Positions 1 to 8,407 of a DNA stretch of 34,202 nt are shown here, in pieces. Location: the IMG/VR virus record IMGVR_UViG_3300020234_000015, positions 1 through 34,202 of that record. One strand, given 5' to 3'. The position numbers and the translations under genes were made by a program. The stretch's first letter is position 1. Each line of letters begins with the position of its first letter. A model generated the notes under the pieces. The model had not been told where the DNA came from. It did not search any database and was given only the letters and a program-made list of their open reading frames with translations. The stretch is from a virus (lineage: Duplodnaviria > Caudoviricetes).

Positions 1-2
1 AG

Positions 3-1082
3 CACGGCACGTCCGGAACAAATATTTTTTCGACTATTGATACCGGAATCCTTCTCCCTGAGGGATCAGTATTCATCGATGAGAAGGCGGCAGCAGAGGC
101 AAACGTTTCTGCTCGTGGTGAGTTCTGGGTTCGTAATGATGCGCCGAACACTCCGATGTTCACCAACGATCTCGGAACTGACTTTGTCCTGAACGCTTCG
201 CCATCATTCACTCCTCCACTGGTTCTTCTCGACAACGAAGAGATTCAATTTGGTACTGGCACTGACGTTACGATGGAGTGGAATGGAACGGAATTCGACC
301 TCTCGTTTGCTGCCGCTGCATCGATAATGCGATTACGTGATGGAGCGCAACTTCGCTTCATGTCACCGAACGATGTTGATAGCACGTTCATTCAGCAGCT
401 TGCTGATCGCACTAACATTCTCAGCTCAGGTGCCGGAGCGGGTTTCTGGCAGTTCCAACCAGAGCTTCGGATTATAAATGACCTGACGTTTGGCAGTGCC
501 GGTGCCCTCGTGATTACTGAGTCTGGCGGCGACATGCGAATAGATCTTGGAACGCTTGGAGATCTTCGTATTCGTGGTGGCACTGCTGGCGTTGAGATAA
601 TGGCAGAATTTACTGCCAATGCAGGAGTCGCGCTTTATCACAACAACGCTCGTCGCTTTGAGACGATAGCGATCCAAGTAGATGGCGCTATCTCTGGTGC
701 GGTGCTGGATGATGCTGATGGCAACATGTTGCACATCGGTTTCCAAGAGCAGATCTGGATCCTCCAAAATACTGTTCTCGGCACAACGGACAATGTCTGG
801 CGCGACGCGGCTGGTCACATCTTATATTCTGACGATGCCGGTACAGAGACCTATACAACTCCAGCGGCAGCAGATGCTGTCGTTCCTGACGGCTACTGGG
901 TTGACATCGTTAACCTCGGTGCGGGTGCGATCACTGTTGCAGAAGGTGTCGGAGTCACGCTCACGCACATAGATGGTGCGGGCGCGACGGGTAGTTTAGT
1001 GATTGCTCAGTTCGGCAAGATGAGACTGCACAAAAGGATAGGAGCAGCATGGTTCGCCACCAATACTGTTGACGTATCGTAA
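3..1082 (+). CDS. Tail fibre protein, 5'-truncated by the window edge
   Basis: The frame of the 156..1082 ORF is open back to position 3 (HGTSGTNIFSTIDTGILLPEGSVFIDEKAA...). It is G/T/A/D-rich and beta-forming, has the GVALYHNNARRFET motif typical of phage fibres, and ends in a fibre-type domain (VDIVNLGAGAITVAEG...W). Confidence 0.75.
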   Translation, partial: HGTSGTNIFSTIDTGILLPEGSVFIDEKAAAEANVSARGEFWVRNDAPNTPMFTNDLGTDFVLNASPSFTPPLVLLDNEEIQFGTGTDVTMEWNGTEFDLSFAAAASIMRLRDGAQLRFMSPNDVDSTFIQQLADRTNILSSGAGAGFWQFQPELRIINDLTFGSAGALVITESGGDMRIDLGTLGDLRIRGGTAGVEIMAEFTANAGVALYHNNARRFETIAIQVDGAISGAVLDDADGNMLHIGFQEQIWILQNTVLGTTDNVWRDAAGHILYSDDAGTETYTTPAAADAVVPDGYWVDIVNLGAGAITVAEGVGVTLTHIDGAGATGSLVIAQFGKMRLHKRIGAAWFATNTVDVS

Positions 1083-1110
1083 ACATAACTACAACAAAGA
1101 GGAAAGGAAA

Positions 1111-1428
1111 ATGGCAAAGCAAGAAGTAAGTCCGGTCCAGGTTCAAATGGCTGCAGCAGCAGGTGTGAAGTTGTTGAAGATCGATGACCTTCCGGTGCCC
1201 ATGAGCATCGCAAAGTCTGGTGCCTTGAATATTCTTGAAGGGATGTTGCAGGCACTGGCATCGGGTGAATTGGTACTCGGACCACCACAGCCGCAAAATA
1301 TTGGAGTAGGTGACGCGAAACCCCCTATAGCTCCCGTGGAAACCCCACCCCAAGGGGACCAAGAGCAAAGCGGGGAAGAGGGAAAGGCCGCAAACGAAAC
1401 CGGAAGCGACGCAAGCGCTGAAGGTTAA
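1111..1428 (+). CDS. Hypothetical protein (105 aa) downstream of the fibre, possibly an assembly chaperone
   Basis: The ATG at 1111 follows a strong SD (GGAAAGGAAA), which is preferred over the track start at 1069. The C-terminus is acidic and disordered. Function is inferred from position only. Confidence 0.6.
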   Translation: MAKQEVSPVQVQMAAAAGVKLLKIDDLPVPMSIAKSGALNILEGMLQALASGELVLGPPQPQNIGVGDAKPPIAPVETPPQGDQEQSGEEGKAANETGSDASAEG

Positions 1429-1439
1429 GAGGTAAGGAA

Positions 1440-1811
1440 ATGGCAACCAAGCAAGAGATCAAGGAACGCGGGATTCGCATAGGTGTGAATCAGCTCGTGA
1501 CGTATGCGACGCTCGTGCCTATCTTCTGGTTTATCGCTCAGCCCCTTCTGGTGAGCGCGCTGGCTGAAGAGATGCAGGAATCGATTAAGCAGACCGTCGC
1601 AAATGAAGTTGCACCGATTAGCCTTGCGTTTGTCGCTCTCTTGCAGCGGGACATCAACGCCACGAGGAAAGATATCGCGGCGTTGAAGTTCCGTGAACGT
1701 CAGGCCACTGACTGGACAGCCGAGGATGCCGCGTATCTGGCAGACCTGGACATTCAGTTGGATGCTCTGGTGGAAGCGAAGGATGCACTGCAGGCGAACA
1801 ACACAACCTGA
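1440..1811 (+). CDS. Single-TM protein with C-terminal coiled coil (lysis-cassette associated)
   Basis: SD GAGGTAAGGA. Hydrophobic stretch LVTYATLVPIFWFIAQPLLV followed by a helical heptad-like region. Its stop overlaps the endolysin start (TGATG). Confidence 0.6.
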   Translation: MATKQEIKERGIRIGVNQLVTYATLVPIFWFIAQPLLVSALAEEMQESIKQTVANEVAPISLAFVALLQRDINATRKDIAALKFRERQATDWTAEDAAYLADLDIQLDALVEAKDALQANNTT

Positions 1812-2245
1812 TGTACACATACGGAAAAACATCACGGGAGAACCGCGACACATGTGCACCACCGCTGATCGAGGTGATGGAACTGGGGCTCAGCAGGTCG
1901 CCAGTCGATATTTCTATCGTGCGTGGGTGGTCTGGTGAAGATGTTCAGAACATGCTTTTTAGGAAAGGCGCGAGTAAGAAAGAGTGGCCTTTCTCGGAAC
2001 ACAATTTTCTGCTGGAGGATAAACCTCACAGCAAGGCTTTTGACTTTGCGCCTTACGTTGACGTGGTCAAAATTCCGTGGGAAGACACCCACTTATTTGC
2101 GGTCGTCGCAGGGGTATTTCTCTCTGCCGCAGTTGAGCTTGGTTTTAAATTGCGCTGGGGCGGCGACTGGAACATGAATGGATTGACAACCGACCAGTCG
2201 TTCATGGACTGGGGTCATTTGGAAATAGAGGAGTACTTGGTATGA
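1811..2245 (+). CDS. Endolysin, peptidase M15 family (L-Ala-D-Glu peptidase, T5 Lys-like)
   Basis: Colinear by eye with T5 endolysin: SxH...AFDFAPY, LRWGGDWN and DWGHLE. The Zn ligands His/Asp/His are present. Confidence 0.9.
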   Translation: MYTYGKTSRENRDTCAPPLIEVMELGLSRSPVDISIVRGWSGEDVQNMLFRKGASKKEWPFSEHNFLLEDKPHSKAFDFAPYVDVVKIPWEDTHLFAVVAGVFLSAAVELGFKLRWGGDWNMNGLTTDQSFMDWGHLEIEEYLV

Positions 2246-2472
2246 ATGTTAATACACTCGTAGGTGCACTGATCGCAGCGTTGATTCTATTTACATCAAC
2301 CGTCGTAACGTTGTTTACCAACAATCCAGATCTGACGTTCGCGCAGTTATCGACAGCGACGTGGGTGTCGCTCCTCGGTGGTGCGGCAGTAGCGTTCTTC
2401 AAAGACTATCAAGCGCTCACCACCCGACGCTTGGTGAACAAGGTCACGGGATCGGGTGATGGAGGTATTTGA
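2242..2472 (+). CDS. Putative holin (2 TM)
   Basis: 76 aa with two hydrophobic helices and a basic C-terminal tail. It overlaps the endolysin stop (ATGA). Confidence 0.65.
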   Translation: MNVNTLVGALIAALILFTSTVVTLFTNNPDLTFAQLSTATWVSLLGGAAVAFFKDYQALTTRRLVNKVTGSGDGGI

Positions 2473-2473
2473 G

Positions 2474-2896
2474 ATGCAATATCTAGTTCAGAAACGGCAG
2501 CTCTTCGCGTTCTACTGTCTTCTTTTACTGATCGGTCTGGAAGGATGTGCTGCATCCAACCCGCTCGCTCAGGCAGAAACGACCGAGCAGAAAGCGTATG
2601 CCGCGTACGGCACGTTCGTCATCGCTGAAGAGCAAGCTGCGAAGCTTGTGTCCAGCGGTCAGTTAAACAACAGTCAGATAATCGCAATAGGCAAAGCGGA
2701 CGAAAGGGCAAAGGCAGTCGTCGATGATTTGATCGCGGCAGTGCTGGAGTTCGAAACGATTCAGGACGAGTTCAAGAGATTTGGCACTGGTGAACAACGG
2801 TACATCAACGCCATGAACAACCTCAACAACTGGACCGCACGACTCGTTCCGCTCATCAATAATTTACTCGCAGCAATTCAAGGAGCTGAACAATGA
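2474..2896 (+). CDS. Lipoprotein, helical (spanin-like candidate)
   Basis: ATG 2474 follows SD GGAGG. A basic n-region and hydrophobic h-region lead to the lipobox LEG-C. It lies directly after the holin. Confidence 0.65.
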   Translation: MQYLVQKRQLFAFYCLLLLIGLEGCAASNPLAQAETTEQKAYAAYGTFVIAEEQAAKLVSSGQLNNSQIIAIGKADERAKAVVDDLIAAVLEFETIQDEFKRFGTGEQRYINAMNNLNNWTARLVPLINNLLAAIQGAEQ

Positions 2897-3354
2897 ATCC
2901 GATCCAACTAATACTGATCGCACTTCGCGGTCTGTCCGTGATAACCAGCAACCCCGCTCTCGGCGGAGGTTCCATGGTTAAGGTGCAGCAGGCGTCGAAG
3001 TTACTCGACTTCCTGGGCGAACTTCTGGAGCGTGGCGACGAAGCTCACACCGAACTGAAAGAGTTCGCTGAGACTGTCAAAGCAATAGCCGACGAGAACA
3101 GAGCGCCGTCCTCGGCGGAGTGGCAAACACTGGAGGATAGGAGTGCGGCAGCTCATGATGTCATTCAAGCGGCACGTCGTAAGGCAGAAGCTGAAGAGGC
3201 TGCAAATCAGCCGGAGCCTACCCCCGAGCCTGAGCCCGAGCCTGATCCGACACCCGAACCGGAATCAGAGCCGGAGCCAGAACCCGAACCTGACCCTGAG
3301 CCAACCCCGGAACCAGAGCCAGACCCTGAGCTAAACCCGGAGAATCCGCAGTGA
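2893..3354 (+). CDS. Hypothetical protein with hydrophobic N-terminus, helical core and C-terminal (Pro-Glu)n tract
   Basis: ATGA overlap with the upstream gene and SD AGGAG. The PEPTPEPEPEPDPT repeats are seen directly. Confidence 0.7.
   Translation: MNPIQLILIALRGLSVITSNPALGGGSMVKVQQASKLLDFLGELLERGDEAHTELKEFAETVKAIADENRAPSSAEWQTLEDRSAAAHDVIQAARRKAEAEEAANQPEPTPEPEPEPDPTPEPESEPEPEPEPDPEPTPEPEPDPELNPENPQ
3211..3348 (+). repeat. Coding (Pro-Glu/Asp/Thr)n dipeptide repeat, about 45 aa
   Basis: Degenerate CCNGAR hexamers with varied synonymous codons. Confidence 0.9.
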
Positions 3355-3551
3355 AGATGATATTTATAATCATCGCGGCTTTTCTACTTGTCTCTTGCGC
3401 GCCGCCAGCAGACAAGGATTTCTTTGAGTGCGGCGCAAGCAACACGTTGGTGGTGTGTCCAGTCGGGGAGTCTCCCGATGCTGACACCCACGGTGATTGT
3501 CGTGCAGTTGGCAGTGGGACGACAACGTTAACCGACGGCACCTGTAGTTAG
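3351..3551 (+). CDS. Small Cys-rich lipoprotein
   Basis: GTGA overlap. Signal MKMIFIIIAAFLLVS-C, with four further Cys in a 51 aa mature part. Confidence 0.65.
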   Translation: MKMIFIIIAAFLLVSCAPPADKDFFECGASNTLVVCPVGESPDADTHGDCRAVGSGTTTLTDGTCS

Positions 3552-3560
3552 GAGTAATTC

Positions 3561-4205
3561 ATGGCTGTCTCGATGACATTTAACTCGCTCCTCTCAGATC
3601 TCCGTGCGTATCTGGAGCGGGGTACGGCTGTCGATCCTACAGTGTTCGACCAGCTCCCCAGCCTGATCAACTTGGCTGAAAGGGAGCTGGCGAATCGACT
3701 GAAGATATTGGGATTCGTAGCAAATGTGACCGATACACTGGGTGTCGGACAGTCCGTTGTTCCAAAACCTAACCGCTGGCGCGACACGATATCGATTAAC
3801 TTCGGTGTGGGGGCCACACAAGTGCGGACCCCCTTGTTCGCAAGGTCGTACGAGTATGTACGACGCTATTGGCCCGATGAAGATCTGACGGCTCAACCAA
3901 AGTTTTACGCGGACTATGACTACTTCAATTGGTTGATCGCACCGTCTGCGGATTTCGCATATCCGTTCGAGGTCAATTATTGGGAGTTGCCTGCTTTGTT
4001 AGACGCCACTAATCAAACGAACTGGACGACGGACTTTGCCCCGAACTCCTTGCTTCATGGTGCGCTTCTGCAGGCAACTCCATTTTTGAAAAATGATGAG
4101 CGCATCCCGACGTGGGAGAAGATTTACGAAAAAGATATTGCGATCCTTGAGGGGCAGGATATCAAACGCATCATCGATAGAAACGTTACGAGGGAGTCGG
4201 TCTGA
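3561..4205 (+). CDS. Head-tail adaptor (tail tubular protein A-like)
   Basis: SD AGGAG. The pattern MTFNSLLSDLRAYLER...LINLAERELAN..LK and TNWTTDFAPNSLLHGALLQA matches podovirus adaptor proteins. It precedes the fibre and nozzle genes. Confidence 0.75.
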   Translation: MAVSMTFNSLLSDLRAYLERGTAVDPTVFDQLPSLINLAERELANRLKILGFVANVTDTLGVGQSVVPKPNRWRDTISINFGVGATQVRTPLFARSYEYVRRYWPDEDLTAQPKFYADYDYFNWLIAPSADFAYPFEVNYWELPALLDATNQTNWTTDFAPNSLLHGALLQATPFLKNDERIPTWEKIYEKDIAILEGQDIKRIIDRNVTRESV

Positions 4206-6571
4206 TGGGTTATACAGATGTATTCGGCGGAGAATTAATTTTCCCATCGAGAATTAGTTATCTCGCTCTCACCACGGCTGTTGATATCACACTGCAGTGG
4301 CCTACTGAGCAGCAGATCACAGGCGGCAACGTTGTTGCAGATGTCATGGACGTCACGACCACGGTTCCGTCACTCAATGTTGATATGCCTGACGCCAGGA
4401 ACACGTCAGAAGGTAACAAGACGACGATCAACAACGTCGGTGGAGAGTCATTCACTGTGCGTGACAACACGGGAGGTACGATTCAATCCGTAGCTCCTGG
4501 TGAGCAGTGGGTACTTGTCCTCACGTCTAACTTGACGATAGCTGGCACGTGGACGACCTTCCAATTGGGTGCGAATGTTGCGGTGGCATCTGCTTCTGCA
4601 CTGGCAGGTGCAGGCATCAAGGCAATTGGCGTACTGCTTAACCAACAAATAGATTCCGATGAAGAAGCGGCAACACCTATTACTGTAGTTGAAGGTGATC
4701 GAGCGAAGTGTTTGATCTATGTCGCTGGTGCGGGACAAGCTGATCTTCCCGGTGCGGGAACAGTCGGTAACGACTGGTTCTTCATGCTGCGCAATTCTGG
4801 ATCCGGAACACTCGCTGTTGTTCCTTCATCAGGTACTATCGACGGTAGTTCGAGTATCAATTTGGATCCAAACGATAGTGCGTTCATCTTCACTGATGGC
4901 ATCAATTGGTTCACCATCGGGCTGAGTACCGGTTCAACGATTGCGTTTGACTTCGTCTCACTTCCCATTCCGGGATCGGGAGACTTTGTACTTTCTGGTG
5001 CTAACCTCAATCGAATTTCATATCGTTTCACGGGCGCACTCACTGGCAATCGAAAGGTAGTCGTGCCAAACACCACGCAGCAGTACTGGTGTGACAATCA
5101 GACGACCGGTGCATTCGTTCTTACGATTGGAACAGCTGCGCAAGCGGTGCCTCCGGTATTAAATCCAAATACAACTTCGATTGTGTACTGCGACAGTACA
5201 GACGTAATCGATGCAGTATCTCAAGTCAGCGTCATGTTCCCGATCACGGTCGCAGAGGGTGGCACGGGTGCTACGACAGCACCAGGTGCAATTGCTAATT
5301 TAGGTGCAGCAGCTGACTCCATCGACTTGATTGCTGGAGATGGCATGCTCGGAGGTGGTGACCTCTCAGGTCCCGACCGAACATTCGATTTCGATCTTGC
5401 AAGTATTGCGACAGCAGTCCCTGATCTTGCTGCTGACTTCTTCGTCTTTGAAGATGTCGATAATGCAAACGTCAACAGGAAAGCTTTGCTGAGTACGCTT
5501 GGCCTCACGATTGATGGCACGCCAGCTGACAATGAGATCGCTGTCTTCACTGGTCCGAGTGCGATAGAGGGCGACTCAAACTTTAGGTGGACGGGAACTG
5601 CTTTCCAAATTGAAGGCACCGGCATTTTTGAGATCCGCGTCGGGAGTGTGACAACGTTCGATCTCAATGGCATGGCTGAGTTGAACATTCGTGGCATGGA
5701 CGAGAACGATACTGGTCTGGTGCTTGAAGATGGTATGCGACTCACGTTCGAAGATCTGGCGTTCGCCAATCCAATCTTCATGCGCAACGAAGGCATCGGT
5801 GGTAGCTCCGGTACCATCTCTGTTCGAAAGGGTGGAGGGGTCCTTGGTAGCTTCGAGCTTCGCGAGGGCATCACTCTTTCAATGCGTGACGGTGCAGATA
5901 CGCTCGTCGCAACCTTCGGCACGCTGACTGGACCTCCATCAACTCTCAACTTGAGCGGTAGCTTTGATGGCTTCCGTATCCAGTTAGGCTCGTTGTACAT
6001 CTTCGAGCAGGCAGTAGCGTCTGCCAGCTCAGCACAATCTGGTCAGATTTGGATTGAGAGTCTGGTAGCAAATACGTTGATGTTTACCGATGACAGCGGC
6101 ATCGATTTCCGGGTCAGCTGCGTTCAATGGTTCAACAATTACGGTGGTCAGCAGACGATCAATAACTCTACGGTCTTCGTCAACATCACACAGTTGAGCG
6201 GCTTCCAGTTAGACGCTGGCAATGTCTACCACATCGAGATATTCCTGAAGTGTAGTCAGGCGAATGTGACTCCAGATATTAAAATTCGACTGAACCGTCA
6301 GAATCTCGGAACTTTCAGTAGCGAGTACTTTGAGATCACGAGTGTTTCGAGTACAGGGATCTTCACGTTCCAAGACAACAACGTTCACACAGTGTTGGGA
6401 GCAGTCCAGAACGCAATTGCCAATCACACACTTCGTATCACGGGTACGGTGGATGTAGGGACTGGAGACGTATGGGACCTCCAGTTCGCTCAGAACACTG
6501 CAACAGTAGCAAATACAATTGTGGATGATGAATCTTGGGTCAGAATTACTAAGATCGGACCAGGACCGTAA
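4205..6571 (+). CDS. Tail fibre/spike protein (788 aa)
   Basis: Three related N-terminal beta modules (LP...G...F.LRN.G...L.V), a VAEGGTGATTA..A.ANLG fibre motif and a beta-rich distal region. Confidence 0.75.
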   Translation: MGYTDVFGGELIFPSRISYLALTTAVDITLQWPTEQQITGGNVVADVMDVTTTVPSLNVDMPDARNTSEGNKTTINNVGGESFTVRDNTGGTIQSVAPGEQWVLVLTSNLTIAGTWTTFQLGANVAVASASALAGAGIKAIGVLLNQQIDSDEEAATPITVVEGDRAKCLIYVAGAGQADLPGAGTVGNDWFFMLRNSGSGTLAVVPSSGTIDGSSSINLDPNDSAFIFTDGINWFTIGLSTGSTIAFDFVSLPIPGSGDFVLSGANLNRISYRFTGALTGNRKVVVPNTTQQYWCDNQTTGAFVLTIGTAAQAVPPVLNPNTTSIVYCDSTDVIDAVSQVSVMFPITVAEGGTGATTAPGAIANLGAAADSIDLIAGDGMLGGGDLSGPDRTFDFDLASIATAVPDLAADFFVFEDVDNANVNRKALLSTLGLTIDGTPADNEIAVFTGPSAIEGDSNFRWTGTAFQIEGTGIFEIRVGSVTTFDLNGMAELNIRGMDENDTGLVLEDGMRLTFEDLAFANPIFMRNEGIGGSSGTISVRKGGGVLGSFELREGITLSMRDGADTLVATFGTLTGPPSTLNLSGSFDGFRIQLGSLYIFEQAVASASSAQSGQIWIESLVANTLMFTDDSGIDFRVSCVQWFNNYGGQQTINNSTVFVNITQLSGFQLDAGNVYHIEIFLKCSQANVTPDIKIRLNRQNLGTFSSEYFEITSVSSTGIFTFQDNNVHTVLGAVQNAIANHTLRITGTVDVGTGDVWDLQFAQNTATVANTIVDDESWVRITKIGPGP

Positions 6572-6574
6572 CCA

Positions 6575-8134
6575 ATGGCTGAACAACCTGCACGCTTAGC
6601 CTCAGCTCCCGGAATCAAACGGGACGGTACTCGCTTTGACAGCGAGCACTATGTCGATGGGCTGTGGTGCAGGTTCCAGCGTGGCAAACCGAAAAAGATT
6701 GGCGGCTATCAGCAGGTCACCGACACAGTGCCCGAGATCACTCGTGGCATGGCTTCGTTTTCGGAAGACAACACTCAGTTTCTGCACTTGGGACATCCAA
6801 ATACCCTTGGTCAATACCGGGTCTCGAACGGCACGCTGAGTATCTTCAATGATCGTACACCTGCTGCCTTCGCTGCTAACGTTGACAACCTGTGGCAGTT
6901 CGAGATTTACGCTGATACGCAAGGCACAGGCAATCACGTGCTTGTTGCACACGCTGCACCGAACATAATAGACATCGATAACTCCATCGGTGGCGACATC
7001 TACATCGACACGTTGACTGCAGGCACGATACTCACAACGGTCGGCCTGAATGCCGGTGCTCAGGGTTGGAATACAGGTGGAGGTGGCAACGTAAGCGGCG
7101 GGATTTGTGTCAGTGGTTTGTACTTGTTTGCATTCGGTAGCAGGGGACTCATTCGATACTCCGCGATCAACAATCTCTCGGCTGGTCCAGTCGAGTTCAA
7201 CTTAGGTACGCAGAAAATTGTCAAGGGCATGCCGCTTCGAGGTGCCGGTGCAGGTCCTGCTGTCATCATGTGGGGACTCGACTCCGTCATTCGCGCGACG
7301 TTCAATCAAGGTGGTTCACCTGATTTTGTTTTCGACATTGTTGCCCGAGGTACTACGATCATGAGTTCGCAAGGCGTGATCGAGATGGACGGCATTTACT
7401 ATTGGCCTGGTGTTGATCGCTGGTACCTCTTCAACGGTGTCGTTCGTGAGATGCCCAACAACATGAACCAGAACTTTTTCTTCGACAACATCAACTTTAC
7501 TCACCGCAACAAGTGTTTCGGCTTCAAGATCCCTCGCTACGGTGAGCTGTGGTGGTGTTACCCACGTGGCAGTGCAACTGAGTGCACTCACGCTGTGGTC
7601 TTCAACGCACGCGAAGGGTACTGGTTCGACACACCGTTACCTGACAGTGATGAAGTTGATCAGGGACGCACGGCAGCAGTTTTTGCCAACGTGTACCAGC
7701 GTCCCTTCATGGTGGACAACGAAGTGACTTCGAACGGTCGTACTCTTTGGCAGCACGAAACTGCAAACGACAAAATTCGCTTATCGTCAATCAGCGCGGT
7801 GCGGTCGTTCTTCGAGACTCATGAGTTCGCGTTGCTGGACCAGCAGGTGGCTGACAAGTCTCTGCGCGTCGCCAGGATCGAGCCTGACTTCGTGCAGCAA
7901 GGCGACATGACTGTGCAGGTACGAGGACGTGCCAATGCCAAAGCTGATGTCGTTGACGGAGCGACGGAAACAATTTTTGCTACACCGTCCACGCCCGACG
8001 AAGAGACCGTGAAGTTTAAAGAGATTAAGCGGCTGATGAGTTTCAAGTTTGAATCGAACGTAGCGGGTGGCAGCTACGAGCTGGGCAAAACCTACGCACA
8101 CATCGAGCCTGCAGACGGCAGGGTTGAATCATGA
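6575..8134 (+). CDS. Tail nozzle / DNA stabilisation protein (tubular protein B, P22 gp10-like)
   Basis: 519 aa and beta-propeller-like. Motifs PGIKRDGT...RF.RGKPKKIGG and ELWWCYP...CTHAVVFN are present. It sits between the adaptor and the ejection genes. Confidence 0.7.
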   Translation: MAEQPARLASAPGIKRDGTRFDSEHYVDGLWCRFQRGKPKKIGGYQQVTDTVPEITRGMASFSEDNTQFLHLGHPNTLGQYRVSNGTLSIFNDRTPAAFAANVDNLWQFEIYADTQGTGNHVLVAHAAPNIIDIDNSIGGDIYIDTLTAGTILTTVGLNAGAQGWNTGGGGNVSGGICVSGLYLFAFGSRGLIRYSAINNLSAGPVEFNLGTQKIVKGMPLRGAGAGPAVIMWGLDSVIRATFNQGGSPDFVFDIVARGTTIMSSQGVIEMDGIYYWPGVDRWYLFNGVVREMPNNMNQNFFFDNINFTHRNKCFGFKIPRYGELWWCYPRGSATECTHAVVFNAREGYWFDTPLPDSDEVDQGRTAAVFANVYQRPFMVDNEVTSNGRTLWQHETANDKIRLSSISAVRSFFETHEFALLDQQVADKSLRVARIEPDFVQQGDMTVQVRGRANAKADVVDGATETIFATPSTPDEETVKFKEIKRLMSFKFESNVAGGSYELGKTYAHIEPADGRVES

Positions 8135-8403
8135 GTATCATCGATCCACGAGGCTTCGCTGACAATGAGGTGATCCCATGGGCTGATTTCATGACGGGCG
8201 CACTGGGCTTCTTCTCAGACAATTCGAAGGGGTGCGATCCTAATTTCCCACGTCTGGATGACCCGTTGAAGTGGCAAGAGTGGGCGGCAACTGTGTACGG
8301 TGGAGTAGACGCGCTAGGGCAGGACGTGCCTGATCCTTACGCATACGATAATTGGAAAGACTGGGCGGAAAGAATGTTCGCGACAGCAGATTTTACGGGA
8401 TAG
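8131..8403 (+). CDS. Hypothetical Trp-rich protein
   Basis: ATGA overlap with the nozzle gene. It has repeated WxxWA motifs (WQEWA, WKDWA). Confidence 0.7.
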   Translation: MSIIDPRGFADNEVIPWADFMTGALGFFSDNSKGCDPNFPRLDDPLKWQEWAATVYGGVDALGQDVPDPYAYDNWKDWAERMFATADFTG

Positions 8404-8407
8404 AACC

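Noticed and set aside
3211-3348. CRISPR array or DGR repeats
   Set aside because: It is a coding Pro-Glu repeat without spacers. No repeat-spacer array, TR/VR pair or reverse transcriptase was seen anywhere in the window.
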